Positions 22,651-36,274 of a stretch of DNA of 64,000 nucleotides are shown here, piece after piece. The DNA is from Lama glama. Its lineage: Eukaryota. The notes beneath the pieces are model-generated. The model did no database searches. It saw only the letters and a program-made list of their open reading frames with translations, and had not been told where the DNA came from. The translations under genes were made by a program, and so were the position numbers. The stretch lies in NCBI GenBank assembly GCA_028534125.1, contig CM052817.1:5272001-5336000 (forward strand), given 5' to 3'. The first letter of the stretch is position 1; each line of letters opens with the position of its first letter.

Positions 22651-24509
22651 GTGCACGTAAGTAGAGCTTGCTCAGATTCTTAGGAAAGCCTGTACATCCT
22701 TCTCTACTGTGACTTCTGGCTTCCTCTTCCTGGAACTCAAGTGGGAGACTTGGGGTGGAACACCCATCCTGGAACCAGGGAGTAAGCATGTGAATGATCC
22801 ACATGCTAGAGATGGTGAAGCAGAAGGAGCCAGGGTCCTGGGAGCATCACGGAGCTGCTGCACCCGCCACAACTGCCCATGTTGAGACTCCTTGTGGAAC
22901 GAAAAGACATGAACTTCTCCTCGGTTCGGCCCCTCTAGTGACATCTCAGTGACAGGGAGCCAAACACTGTCCCTAAGTCAGAGCTTAGAGCTCAAGGAGC
23001 ACAGAGGAGAGAAGGATGAGAAGGTGTCAAAGGAAATGATGTTGGAGTCGAGGCTTGAGAAGTGATTAGGTGGCCAAAGCTTTCCTGTGGCAAAGGCTCA
23101 AAGGGCACCCTCTCCTCTCCCTGCCAGCCAGGGCTCCCCTGCCTGAGTTGCAGCCCCCAGGTGGCACCATCTTTTAGGATCTCTCCCTTCTCAGCCCCCT
23201 GGGACCACCTCCTCCCCCAAGGCCACTGGGTTCACTCTCCCTACATCTCCTCACCCCCGAGACTGTTTTAGCAGAATATGCACTAGACAAGGAACACTGA
23301 ACGCTTGCAACCACCCTGAGATAAGGACACACATCCCTACCTCATAGGTGCAGGGGGAGCCAAGGCTCAGAGAGGTTAGCAATGTAACCAAGGTCACACA
23401 GCCATTAAGGGAGGTAGCTTGGCTTTGAGTTCAGGCCACCTCTGTCCCTTCAATATACAGATTCATTCCAGTCCAAAATATACCCCATATACATTCAGGA
23501 GCCTTGAATTCAACTCTTAGCCCAGACCCCCACACTCTACGTGGCTTAATTTCACCGCCTTGAGCCTCAGTTTCCTCATCCCTAAGATGAGAGGGTTCTG
23601 AGGGCTGAATAGGAGCTCTCAAAGGAGGTATCAACATCCTTTGATCTTATGCAACTTTGGATAACATCAAGGTTTCTAAAAACAAAATATCATCAAACGA
23701 GCTTGTAATAAAATTCCAAAGCATTATGTAGAGGGAAAAAGGGCTGTAAATCCACAGGATGTCAATTCCAAGTTGAATGCAATTTACAAGAATATGGTTC
23801 AAATATCACAAGGTCAAAACAATTTTGAGCTTTCCAGTATTTACAAACATACCTCACTTCATAAACCTTTCCAATCCAAGCTGTGCAATATATACAGGAC
23901 CATTTTTAAACGAGTCTAGTTAATTTGATGTGGCTTTAAGTGAGGTCTGTTGGAAATGTGCTACTAATTTTGGACTTTTGTGTTTAGGGGAAAATGCGAT
24001 TGAAGCTTAATCCAATTTTCTAACACCCGAAAACAGCTACAAGGAAATAGACAGGCATGAAGGAACAATGGCAGAGTTTGCCTCAGAAAAGGCTCCACTC
24101 ACCACTATTTGCCCTGCTGGAATGTTCCATACCAATAAAATGTTAGCCCTTCAGGCAAGAGGGAGAGTCAAGCCATGAAGGTAGCTCATAACGGGGCAGG
24201 GAGCTTAGGGAGAAAAGTCAGCTTGGCTCGTACAACTGCCTGGGGAAACTCTTTCCGGAGGACATTCTGCTCTGGGGAGCTGCACACAGGATTCTTGGTC
24301 TTAGAACTAGATGCCTGATGACAATAAGCTTATCACTTGTCGAGCTGCCCTCAACGCAATACTTAGGGTTGCCTAGCTAACTGCAGTTTCTCGTTTCTTC
24401 CATATCAGCTGAGGCCTTGCTGCATCACTACTCTAACAAATCCAGATAGTTCTGAGCCCAGCTTGGCGATCTCATCCTCTTGTTACTGATTAGTTAATAG
24501 GTAAGCACG

Positions 24510-26065
24510 TGCAGCAAACTGCATTTTCCAAAGAGGGCTGCACTAGTGTCTACCTACCCGACATGCTCTTCCAATTATATGACTTTGACCCTCTTCCCAT
24601 TGACAGGCAGGGGTCTGGGTACCCTTCCTCTGAATTTGGGAGGGATCATGTCTGTGGCAGAAAAATAGTTGCTTTACGATTTTCAGGTATACAGCAAAAC
24701 GATTCAGTTATATATTATATATATATTCTTTTTCAGATTCTTATTTATTATAGGTTATTATAAGATATTGAATATAATTCCCTGTGCTATACAGTAGGTC
24801 CTTGTTGCTTATCTCTTTTATATATAGTAGTGTGTATCTGTTAATCCTAAACTCCCAACTTATCCGTTCCCTACTTTCCCTTTTAGTAACCATAAATTTG
24901 TTTTCTATGTCTATGAGTCTATTTCTGTTTTTGTAAATAAGTTCATTTCTATCATTTTTTAGATTCCACATATAAGTGGTATCATGATATTTGTCTTTTT
25001 CTATCTGACATATTTCACTTAGTATGATAATCTCTAGGTCCATCCATGTTGCTGCAGATGGCATTACTTCATTCTTTTTTATCTTTATCTTTTTCATCTT
25101 CTTTATCAAGTCATCTGTTGATGGACATTTAGGTTGCTTCTATGTCTTGGCTATTGTAAAAGTGCTACTGTGAATATTAGGGTACATGTATCTTTTTGAA
25201 TTAGAGTTTTTGCCTTTTCTGGAGACAAAATGCCTAGGAGTGGGATTGCTGGATCATATGGTAAGTCTATTTTTAGTTTTTTAAGGAATCTCCACACTGT
25301 TTTCCATAGTGGCTGCACCAATTTACATTCCCACCAACAGTGTAGGAGGGTTCCCTTTTCCCCACACCCTCTCCAGCATTTATTATTTGTAGGTATTTTG
25401 ATGATGGCCATTCTAATCAGTGTGAGGGGGTACCTCGCTGTAGTTTTGATTTGCATTTCTCTAGTAATTAGTGATGTTGAACATCTTTTCATATGCTTTT
25501 TAGCCATTTGTCTGTTTTCTTTAGAGAAATGTCTATTTAGGTCTTCTGCCCATTTCTGATTGGGTTGTTTAGTTGTCACTTTTTTTGTTTTGTTTTTATA
25601 TTGAGCTGTATAAGCAGTTTGTATATTTTGGAAATTAAGCCCTTGTCAGTCGCATCATTTGCAAATGTTTTCTCCCATTCCACAGGTTGTCTAGAAATGT
25701 GACTTCTAAGGCTAAGTCATTGGTACTAGAGCTTCCACCTGGTTGTCTTGGGATGCTTGTTCTCAGAATGCAGCCACCACACTATGAGGACACCCAAGCA
25801 ACCCATGGAGAGGTCTACACGGAGAGGAACCAAGGTCCCTGGTCCACAGCCCCAAATGAGCTCCCAGCCAAGAGCCAGCACCAACTTGCCAGCTGTGTGA
25901 AGGAGCTATCTTGAAACTGGATTCTCTACCCCCCAGTGGAGCCACCCCAGCTTATGCATGGAGCAAAGTCAAGTTGCCCTTCCCAAAATGCAGATTTGTA
26001 AGCCAAATGAATGATCGTTGTGTTCATAAGTCACTAAATTTTGAGATGATTTCATATGCAGCTGT
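24510..26065 (+). mobile_element. MaLR LTR (MLT1G/H-like) split by an L1 insertion
   Basis: 5' part TTTCCAAAGAGGGCTGCA.. (24510-24660); 3' part GTGACTTCTAAGGCTAAGTCAT..CCAGCACCAACTTGCCAGC..AAGTCACTAAATTTTG (about 25695-26065). Confidence 0.7.
24665..25690 (-). mobile_element. LINE-1 3' fragment with ORF2 C-terminal remnant
   Basis: ORF 25151-25579(-) reads [49 protein letters not shown] (ORF2p cysteine-rich region), followed by L1 3' UTR; frameshifted. Confidence 0.95.
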
Positions 26066-26089
26066 AAGTACTCAGAGTAATGTGTGATC

Positions 26090-26465
26090 TTTTCTGGCAG
26101 ATGAAACATAAATGGAAGACTGATGGAGAGCATCTGGGAAAGATTTCTTTACTCTTCCAAAGATATACACAGGGAAGAAAAAATGTCCTTCCTCTGCCTC
26201 TGGACATGTGAAAGTCTGATGTCTGGAACGGCAGCTGCCATCTTGCAACCATGAGGAGAGCAAGTGAAAGCATTGAGGATGGTTGGCAAAGAGGCAAGAT
26301 GGAGAGAACCCAGTCCTTGTTGACATTATTGAACTGCTGAATTAGCCAACCTGGTACAACCCTATCCACAGACTCCCTTTCATGTGAGATAATAAGTTAA
26401 TTATTGATTAAGCCAGTTGAGGAGGGTATTCTTTTACTTGTAGCCAAATGCATCCTAAATAATCA
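26090..26465 (+). mobile_element. MaLR LTR (MLT1J-like)
   Basis: GCAGCTGCCATCTTGCAACCATGAGG, ATGTGAGATAATAA, TTACTTGTAGCCAAATGCATCCTAA. Confidence 0.7.
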
Positions 26466-29400
26466 TGTAGCCTCTATGTTACATCATTTATTTATTTGTG
26501 ACAACAAAACTGAAAGTTAAGAATTAATACCATCAATTTTAGACTGAAGAAACAGGCTTAGTGAAGTTAAGTAAGTTCCCCAAGGTCATTTACCAGAATT
26601 CATACCTAGGTCTGTCCGACTCCAGAGTCTGTGTCCTCCATGACACCTTATATCTCTTTGTCACTGGCTAATAGAATAGGCATTGACCTGGGAGTCAGGG
26701 TCCCAGGGTTGAATTCAGACTCTTCACCAATTCTCCATGTGACTTTGAGAAATCACCTCACCTCTATGAGCCCATTCCCTTATCTTTAAGACTTACAGGG
26801 CTACTAAGAAGCCCAAAGGTTCATTTCATTTACCATAACATGAATAATATTTGAATATATTATGCAGATATCTATTTTCATCTCCTCTACCTTACAATGA
26901 ATCTCATTTTCTGTTAGCCACTCTGCTCTAGGGTCCCAGGAAATAGGAGAATGAGAATGCCACCTTGGAATGAAGAGGGCTTGGCAGAGGGAATTTCCTA
27001 CTAGACAGGAAGGAGAGTGAAATAAAATCCATCTGGATCTCAAAGAGGAGAGAGAAGGAGGGGGGACAGAGAAGTGATATGCCCATGACCTTGATGTAGA
27101 AATGTCCACACAATTTGGAGGAACTGGAGAGCTTCGGGTTCCTGACCTGCTTGCCCAGGCAGACCCAGAGGAGGCTGCAATTCTCTGGGAGAAGCTGCAC
27201 CTTGCATTTGGTCCAGCAACCAACATGGTGGTCAAGGGCAACAGGGAGCATCGACAGAGGACATGTCTAGACACATGACCTTAAGGAAGCACTGCTCATT
27301 GTCCAAGATTGACAGAGAACCCAGAGGTTCCCAAATACCTTGGTGAGATACAAAAAGGATGAGGGGACCAGAGGAGGCTCAAGTCGGAAGGAAGGGGCCA
27401 CATGCTGCAGAGACTTTGAGAGCAGAAGCACATGAGAAAGACTATTTGCAGTGAGTACCCAGATAATACCCTGGAGGTCAGCTGACCCTCAGTGGATCCC
27501 ACACGGGGGCCCAGGGACCAGATCAGCCCACACTGGACCTGCCACTAAAGAGCCAAGAAGACCCAGGGGACAGCCCAACCACCTGCCTCCATGGGGTCAT
27601 GGAAGCCCCACCCCTAATCCTTGCAGGAGCCAAGAAAGGAGGAGGCTGAAAAGTCTGAGCACATACCTGAAAGAGATTCTGTTACCCTCAAGGAGACTAG
27701 TAACGGTGGAAGAGACTGAGACTGCAGGTCCCTCTCTTCTTTCTGCGGTTACCCCACAGCACAGGTTAGATCATTTATGGAAAATACAGAAGCTTCATTT
27801 TCTTACCTGTTAGAGGAGTGGTGAGTCAATCTGCCCCCCACTCCACTCGTTAGTATTAGACTGGTCTCTGTTTCGTCATAAAGTCGTGTCTCTAAAAGGA
27901 TGGCTCCTGTGAAATCTCATTCTAAAAATTGTTCCAAATGGAGGAGAGATGTAGCTGATGAACTGAGTTTTCTCCCGGAGGCCAGTGGGGACTCATTGGT
28001 CTTTTAAGCAGGGGAATGGCTAAAGAAGTTTGTAGTTTAGGAAAATCTGGAGGCAGCAAGGAGAAGGGGCAAGATTTGAGGTCCAGAGCCTAGGATGTGA
28101 AACAGTCCAGAAGAAAGATGGCAAGAATTCTGGACTCAGGCAGGGGCCGTGCAGAAAACAGCGAAGGAGGGCAAGAGCCAAGATATATTCAAACAGCAAG
28201 TCTTGCCGCTGTCACTTACTTAGCATCTGCCCTTGGGCAGGAGCCATATCCTCTCTGAACCTCAGTCTCTTCTTCAGTCAACAGGGGAGAGTAATATCTC
28301 TCCAGCAGAGATGTCAGGAGCATTCCATGAGATCACAGCAGAAACACAGCACAATGTTTCTTCCGCTACCATTGCTATCCGCCCCACCCCCATCCCGCTG
28401 TGGAATGATTCATTTTCAAGCAGCAATGAAGATGTCTAAGAGACGTACACCTGTCTCTGCTGCTGGTAGGAAAACAAACAGAAAGCCTCTGCCTTTCGGT
28501 TGGAGAAGGAATTATCTTCACAGCAGCAAACTGGGATCTGCAAAGCACAAGCAAATTTCATTACAAGTCTATAAAAAGGCCCTCGGAAAGAAATCCCTCT
28601 GTGTGAGGGGCCCTTGCCAACCACATCCAGATGTGTCATGAGAACAACGTGCCCCTGAGGGATAAGGTGAGGCCCAGAGCCCTGAACTGGTGCATTCTCT
28701 GCTTCTGCTTACCCTGAGATGTCGGGCAGCCGCCTGATGTCTCAAGCTCTCAGCTTCCCCACCTGGAAAGGGCATAACCCCCTGCTGTTAGAGGGTTGCT
28801 GTGAGGCCTGTAAGGCAGCAGAGGCGAAGGGAAGAAATCCCCGGTGTGGAGTCACCCGGATGACCTGGGTGGATAATCATCCCAAACCTCAGTTTCCTCA
28901 TCTGTTAAATGGGCAGAGCACTCCCGTCCTGTAGCCCAAAGTTCATTCATCCTTCCAAGTCTGACGAATGAAGCCTGCCTCTGCCAGGTGTCAGGCTCAG
29001 ACGAGGTACTAGGATGCCACCAAATACAGAAGATGTAGCAGCTGCTGTCATGGGTCTTAAAAACCCAGGTCAAGGTTATCCCTGAGAACAGTGCAGACTC
29101 TTCAGCACAGAGGCAGTTGGGCCAAGAGCCTCTGGAACATGTCTGCCTGGGCTGAAATTCTCATTCTACAGCTCACCAGCCGGGCCACTTCTAGGAAGTT
29201 ACTTAACCTTTCTATACCTCAATTTTCTCATCTGTACTATGGCCATAATGCTAGTTCACCCCACTGGATGGACTCATTGAGGTAAAATGTGGAAGGCTCT
29301 CAGAAGGGTTATCCATGTGTCCTCCCTCTGGGTCTTTTTTTTTAGTGAAAGGGTCTACACAACCTGGCCCCCATCCCCTTCCAGTCTCGTCCCCTAATAG

Positions 29401-30588
29401 TGATGTGCAATCACCCAAAATCTAGAGACACTGAGATGCTCCCAGCCTCCAGCCTTGCCAGCACCTTGATCTCAGATGTCTAGCTTCCAGAACAATGAGA
29501 AAGTCCATGTCTGTGGTTTAAGCCACACGGCTGTGGTGCTTTGTTAAGGCAGAGCAGGCAGACTCATACAGAAGCACGTGTAGGACTTTCTCATTCATTG
29601 TTTACGCCATTGCAGAAGCCACATTACTGGTCAAATTGGAGTTTTCATTTGCTGGTGGGTTGGTTTTTTACTTAACAATAGATCAAGGACTGCACTCCAG
29701 ATAACTACATAGAAATCTAATTTTTAAAAGATTGATATTCCAAAATGCTGTGTATCATAACTTACCCAAACTTTCCAGCCCCGATGGACTTTCCAATTGC
29801 TTCCAGGCTTTTGCCACCGCAAACACGGGACAGTAAACATCCTGTTCGCATGGCCTTCCGTTCTCGGGTTTTCATTTCTGCAGGGTAGCTTCCCCATGTG
29901 GGACTGCAGGATCGAAGGAAATGTGTGTCTCTAAATGTTAATAGATCCTTACAGATTGCATTCCCAAGAGGCCTTCGGAGTTCACAAGGACCCAAACAGT
30001 AACTCCTGGTCCTGAAAACAAAATACAGTATCAGAAAAGACCTTCCTTTCTGTCATGTTCACAGTTGGTCCAGTGTCTGTAGAGAGCCCGCCTCCTTTGA
30101 GGCCAGCTGGCCGGGTTTCCAGGTGGCACTGAAGCCTGGGTATTGGCTGAGTGTCCGGGGGCAGCTCGCTCAGCCTCTCTGAGCCCAGATCCTCAGATCC
30201 TCGTCCAGAAGAGACTCAAACCAGGCCCAACGCTCTGGCAAGCACTTGGCTGGAGAGAGCAGACACAGAGGGCTGTGTGACACGCTGGGGACGATTCTCT
30301 CATTCCCTGAGTGATTTTCCTGACCACACTGCCCCGGAGGGCTATGCAGTCGAGCCCATCTGTCTGTCCTTCCTACCCGCTCACTCAGCACGCCCTGCCC
30401 TGCCCTTCCCTTCCCCAGGCCAGGCCCCCTTGAGCCCCACTTCTTCTCCGCTCCTCTTTTCCCTTCCCATCCACACCTCGCTGCATCCTCCCAGGGCCTG
30501 GTCTACACCCTGGCCATGGGTCTCCACTTACAAACCACGCTGCTCACATTCCGGCCACAAGTTTGGCCATTCTACCTCATCCATTCTA

Positions 30589-30657
<69 letters not shown>
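30589..30657. repeat. (AAT)23 microsatellite at the tail of a minus-strand MIR
   Basis: Direct reading; followed by GGCTAATATTTGCTGAATGCTTACCAGGTGCCAAG (MIR tail, reverse). Confidence 0.97.
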
Positions 30658-30658
<1 letters not shown>

Positions 30659-31429
30659 GCTAATATTTGCTGAATGCTTACCAGGTGCCAAGCCCTGAGC
30701 TAAGTACTTGAGCTTGACGTGTGTTAGTTCATGCATTCCTCGCAGTGATCATCACTTAGCCTGGTTTACAGGTGAGGAAATAAAGGGTCACTAGAGGGCA
30801 TGGGGACTTTACCTCCTGCTGACTCGTGGTCTCCTGTGCATTCCACAGGACCTACCTAGTCCAGGCATCCTTGTGCCTTGGGGAAGTTCTCACAGGGAGG
30901 CCCCATGTTCCAGGCAACCAGGGGCCCCACCTTGTCTGTCCCAGGGGTTCCCCTCTGGCCCCCAAGTTCCAAATAGAATCTGTCTGCTGCAGGTTCGGCC
31001 ACAGCAGATGCCGTCAGCAAAACACCTGCGAGCTGTGCTCGTTCATCATCCATTGATTCAGTCCTCACCTGGAGCACCCGACTATGTGCCGGGCACTAGG
31101 GATGCAGAGAGGGAGTTGAGCCAGTGCCTGCCCCCCAGGGGACCAAAATGTGCTCAGAGCTTCAAGAGCCCAGTGGGACCCCCGCCCCTGCCCTGCAGCA
31201 GTCAGGGAAGACTTCCTGCAACAGTGGTCCCAGAACCTCTTCTCTTGAACTTCACTTCCCTAGGAAGCCTTCCCTGACTTGCAAGAGCAAGGGCTCGGAG
31301 GTCTTCAGAAGAAGGCCGCGTCCAAGTGGCTGCCCAGCACTGGACGCACTGCTAAGGCCCGAAGTTCTGGGACAGGCGCTGGGATTCCTGGTCCTGGACG
31401 CTTCCCGCTTCCAGCGTCCGGAATTAGAA

Positions 31430-31640
31430 TTACAGTCACGGCTGCGTCTGACATCTGCTCGAACCAATTCGTTATCATTAGGAAATGAATCCCTAATGAA
31501 TTTCTGCCACCATTAAGCCTGATTTACAGTAAGGGTAATCACCCTTGGAAGCACATGCTTTATCCCTTTAATTAATAATCCCCGCTTATCAGCAAACCTA
31601 GTGATTACGGGACAAAAAACTGGAAGGAAGCCTCCTAACT
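31430..31640. promoter_or_regulatory. Candidate homeodomain-site-rich enhancer
   Basis: Unique AT-rich block with TCATTAGG/CCTAATGA, TAAGCC, TGATTTAC, TAATCA, TTAATTAA, TAATCC and CTTATC within about 140 bp. Confidence 0.45.
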
Positions 31641-32689
31641 CCGGCATCGGCTTTCCCATCACAACTTTGGGGCTGGGGGAGGAGGGTCGTGCCTCTGGAG
31701 AGGGTCCAGGGACCACACTGTCTTCCTGTCGGGCCATTAACAACCCAGATCCTCTAGCTGAAATTTGTAAGTTGACTGGACAGTTGTGCTTGGACCCCGC
31801 AGCCTGCAGGTCACGGCCAGCCCCCCGCCCCCACTGCCAGGGTCCCTGTTTCTCTGCAGGCTCACCCACACTGGGGCATCGCCACCTGCAGCCAGGGGTC
31901 CCGTCTAGACTTTAGCAAATCCGAACAAGTCACTTGTTGCTCAAAACCCTGCAGGGGGGAGTTGTGTCCAGCTCTCTGCACCCTAAAAGCCCCACCTGCA
32001 CCTTCCTCGCATGCAACCAGCACCACTGCCCGTTCCTTTCCTCTTCTCCTCGACACCCTGGGTGCCTCTTGCGGAAATGACCTTCCCTCCTTCCTTCTGT
32101 CGCCTCACGCATGTCTACTGCCCCCCTCCCATCCCTCTGCAACTACCCTAGGCAGTTTGTACCAAAAGGATCTGTCTGTGCATCTGGGAGGCAGGCGGAC
32201 AAGTCAGCAAGTAGTGCAAACCTGATGTAAGGAGCTGTCATCAGCACGTGTGAGGCACAGAGGGGACTGAGGGGGACAGCCAGGGAGAGCTTTTGGGCTG
32301 AGGGGATGCCTGAGCTAGGCACTGAAGAAACTATTCTGTATTAATGCTCCACTCGCCATCATTAACCACTCAGCAGGCACCAGCCAGTTTACTACGGCCT
32401 CTCACATAACGGTCACGTCGATGCTGAGAGGTATTATTGCCCCCATTTTGCAGGTGAGAAGACAGAGGTCCTGAGACATCAGATATGCCTGAGGTTATGC
32501 AGAGCCCGTGAGTGGCAGAGCTGGATCCCAGTCCCAACCACACAGATCGTACTGGCTGACTCGCTGGGGTCCGCCCCGACCCAGAAGCAACCAGCTGGTG
32601 TACACGTGCAGCCCTTCCAAGGGCAATTTGGCCCAGTATCCTGGCACATTCTGCCTTGCCTCAGGCCGCCACAGCAGACGCCATAGCCT

Positions 32690-33025
32690 GGGAGGCTGAG
32701 GCAGCAGACCTCGCTCCCCGCCGCTCTGGAGGCTGGAAGGCCATGGCTGGGCCGGCAGCACAGTCAGCTTCTCGGTGCGGGTTCTCTTCCTGGATTGTAG
32801 TTGGCTTCCTACTCCCTGTGTCCTCACACGATATGGAAAGGGAACAAGCTCTCTGTTTGTCTCCTTATGAAGGCACTAATCCCAACATGGGCCCCACCCT
32901 CACGACCTCATCCAGTCCTATATACCTCCCAAAGGCCCCGTCTCGAAATACTGTCACATTGCAGGGGGGCAGGTAGGGCTTCAACCCATGAATTTTGGGG
33001 GGACGCAATTTATCCACAGCACACC
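32690..33025 (-). mobile_element. MLT1A-like LTR
   Basis: CTCTGGAGGCTGGAAG, CTTATGAAGGCACTAATCCC, CCTCCCAAAGGCCCCGTCTC, GCTTCAACCCATGAATTTTGGGG. Confidence 0.8.
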
Positions 33026-34289
33026 TGAAGCCCATTAATGGTGTGGCTTGCTGTCAGGAAATCCCATTCACAGCAGGATGATGGAGCCAGATAACAGAGC
33101 CATTTGCTGGGTTCAGATCCAGGCTCAGCCTCTTACAGGGTCATAATGCTGAGGAAACTCTCTGGGCCTCTGATTTTCCCGTCTGAAAATGGGGATACCA
33201 ATAGTGCCTGCCTCCTCGAGTCCTGGTAAGGATTCAAGGAGCTGAAACGTAAAATATGTGCAACGGTGCTTGGTGCCCAAGAAGCATTTAGAAATGTTCG
33301 CTGATATTATTACCAGCAGGAACATCCTACTCTCAGCAAAAAACTGGTAAGATTCAGCCCTTAGGGGCTGAAAGATGAAATGGATACAAATACATCTAAG
33401 GAGAGAGGAAGACAACGGGCTGCATGGAATTTTGAGACAGTATCTTATATTTTTCCCCCTCTATATTCCTTTTTTCTCCCCAGTCCTGAAATGAATAGCC
33501 AGGTGACGTGTCCTGAAATACTCCAGACTTGCGTGTCGTTCTCCTCCTTAAAACCCTGATCCAGGCCTCCCTTCCTTCATGTGCGGGAGAACCTCCAAGA
33601 TCCTCAGGGCAGCGTCCGTGCTGCTCCCCAAGGTGACCCCGGCCCACTTCTCTGGATTCGTCTCTTGATGCTCCCTCGCCCGGGGTGTGGCTCCACCCAC
33701 ATGTGCACACACATCTCCATTTCTAAGCTCGGGGACTGTGCTCACCGCCCCTCTCTCCTCCATCAGCCCTGGCTCCAAGTTCCTGCAAGGACGGCACTCC
33801 AAGAAGCCTTCACTGGGCCTCCCAACTGTGCCCCCCTCCAGGGGGCTTCTACAGCCCCTGGGCTGACCCCGTAGCGCTGAGTGTACCCCACTGCATGGCA
33901 ACTCTCGGAGGCAGTTGCCCAGGACAGTGCGTAAGAGCATGAACTCTGGACCCCAATTTCCTTGGATATGAACCCTGACTTTCCACGTGCCAGTTGTACA
34001 CACGAGGGCAGGCAAATCACCTGGTCCTCTCTGTACCTCTGGTTTCCCCCTGTCATGAGCCTCCCCCCTGGGGCCCCGTTAGGATATCAGGGTACACAGC
34101 CACCTCCACCTAGAACAGTGCCCAACAGGCACCCGGTCAAAAGCTCATTATTACTTGCAAAACTGAAGCCCTCACTAATGTTGTCTGTGTGTCCCCACTG
34201 CCCGGCGCAGCGCCGGGACTTAGAAGGTACTCCATAAATATCTGTTGAGATGAATTTCCCCCACAGAATGGAAACAGAGCTTGGCTCAC

Positions 34290-34620
34290 AAAGAGGGTGA
34301 TCGCTCATATTACACATTAGGCGATTTTTCCAGAGTGCATCATGCCAAATATTGTACATTCTTTATTACAACGAGGGCAGGGAGATTCATTAAAGGGTAG
34401 CGCCGTTTCATTAGAAACCCTTATTTTCGGAATTTTATAACTTGGCCACAAAAATTCACTCCAGGCAAAACGCTAACTTTCGTCTGGAAGTAAATGGGTT
34501 TATTTTATAACTTTTTTATGCATTTTCCACACATAAACAAATGGCTAGATAAACCATTCTTTAACGGAAGGATTGCAAGAGGAAAACTTGGTATTTTGGC
34601 ATATGAGACATAGATGCTCA
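34290..34620. promoter_or_regulatory. Candidate enhancer (posterior HOX/CDX-like motifs)
   Basis: Unique AT-rich block retaining several CpGs; TTTATTAC, TTCATTA twice, TTTTATAACTT at 34433 and 34503. Confidence 0.35.
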
Positions 34621-34827
34621 AAAGGAGGGGTGGGGGCGGGGGAGGAGGGCTTGCTTGGTCAGGACGCGGGCTTTGGTGGGCATTTGTGCATAATCTTTCC
34701 TGGGAGCCTTTGCAAAGGTCCCTTGTGTTATAATGACCACCACTGTGAGGGCTTCATCCTGCCAGCTGCTGTTTTAAGCGATGTATATGCGTTAACAAAT
34801 TCCTCAAATTACATGTCCTCCTAAAAG

Positions 34828-35272
34828 ATGTGAATAGTGTCCCCTCAAAATTTATGCCCCTCCAGAACCTCCAGATGTGACCTTAGTTGGAAATAGGGTC
34901 TTGGTAGATGTAAGCAGAGTAATATGAGGCTGTACCAGATAAGGGTGGGCCCCCAGTCCAATGACTGGGGTCTTATCAGAGAAAAAAAGAGGAAGATTTG
35001 GACCCAGGCACACAGAGGCCAGAAGGCCCTGTAACGACGGAGGCAGAAGCTGGAGAGACACAGCTACGGCCTAGGAAAGCCAAGGACTGCCTATGGCCAC
35101 CAGGAGTTGAAGAAGGCGGGCAAGGAGACTTCTCTGGAGTTTACCGAGGGAGCACGGCCCTGCTGACACCTTGATTTGGACTTCTGGCCCTTGGAACCAG
35201 GACCGAAGAAATTTCTGCTGTTTTAAGCCACCCAGTTTGTGGTCATTTGTCACAGCAGCCCCGGGAAACTAA
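34828..35272 (+). mobile_element. MaLR solo LTR (MLT1C-like)
   Basis: GTGTCCCCTCAAAATTTATG..TTGGAAATAGGGTCTT..CCAATGACTGG..GCCCTGCTGACACCTTGATTT..TTTTAAGCCACCCAGTTTGTGG. Confidence 0.9.
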
Positions 35273-35787
35273 AGGAAAGCAAGGCCAGGTAACTTACCTG
35301 GTTACTCAGCGAGGAGGCAGAGCTGAGACTGAAACACAGGCAGTGGGCACCAGGGTCCAGAGGCGTCCCCACTCCCCACCTGCTCATCAGCAGATATCAC
35401 AGAGACAAACCCTCTGAGCCTGCTAGGCTGTAAACAACATGCCTGCAGGTGACGCCATCTCTCAGTCCTTCTCCAAGTTCCCACAGTGACAAACGGGAGG
35501 AGCCAGCACCTCCAAAATCTTGTTTTCATGTTAGGATTTTAATTCATAATTCAGAGCTCTACCTAATCAACTAAAAGCTACCTCTCCTTCGTTTATTTTA
35601 TATTGTGGTGAGATCTGATTAGGACAACAACATAGATCCTCACACACATTCAACGTCTAGGAAAATAAAGTCACAGGGAAAAGCAATTTAATAGTGTCTG
35701 GGTCAGGGTGGGAAATCCACCCGCATCCTCCGCCAGGTGAGCCTCTGTCCTTCCGATCACTCTGGATGGAACCTAAATGCCCACAGC

Positions 35788-35936
35788 AGGGGCGTGTGGA
35801 GGGGAGGGGCTGTGGAGGGGAGGGGCTGTGGGGGGGCTATGGAGGGGAGGGGCTGTGGAGGGGAGGGGCGTGTGGAGGGGAGGGGCGTGCCGAGGGGAGG
35901 GGCGTGCCGAGGGGAGGGGCGTGCCGAGGAGAGGGG
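35788..35936. repeat. G-rich minisatellite, about 9 units of 16-17 bp
   Basis: Unit GAGGGGAGGGGC(TGTG/GTGTG/GTGCC), direct reading. Confidence 0.95.
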
Positions 35937-36274
35937 TGGTCTGGCAACTAGGCAGCCACTTAAAGCGTCCATATCCGCCCACAATTATAGGTGTGGAAAA
36001 GTGTGCACAGCGTGTTAGGAAGTGAAAAAGCACCTTACAAAATGGTATGGGTCTTTCTTATAAAATGTAAATACAAACATATAAACCAAAAAAAGGTGTG
36101 TGTGTGTATCTGTCGATCAACACAAAATGAAGAATTGGCTCGATGTTAGTAACGATTCAGGATAAAGATGTTCAGGGTCTTTTTTGCCATGTTATACTTT
36201 TGCTTACTGGTTGAATTGTTTTCTTCCTTTTTAAAGAGAAATCATTTTATTGCCTTCTTTCTCCAAATGCCTTC

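Noticed and set aside
25151..25579. 142-aa ORF with Cys/His motif
   Set aside because: Frameshifted LINE-1 ORF2 C-terminal remnant, not a host gene.
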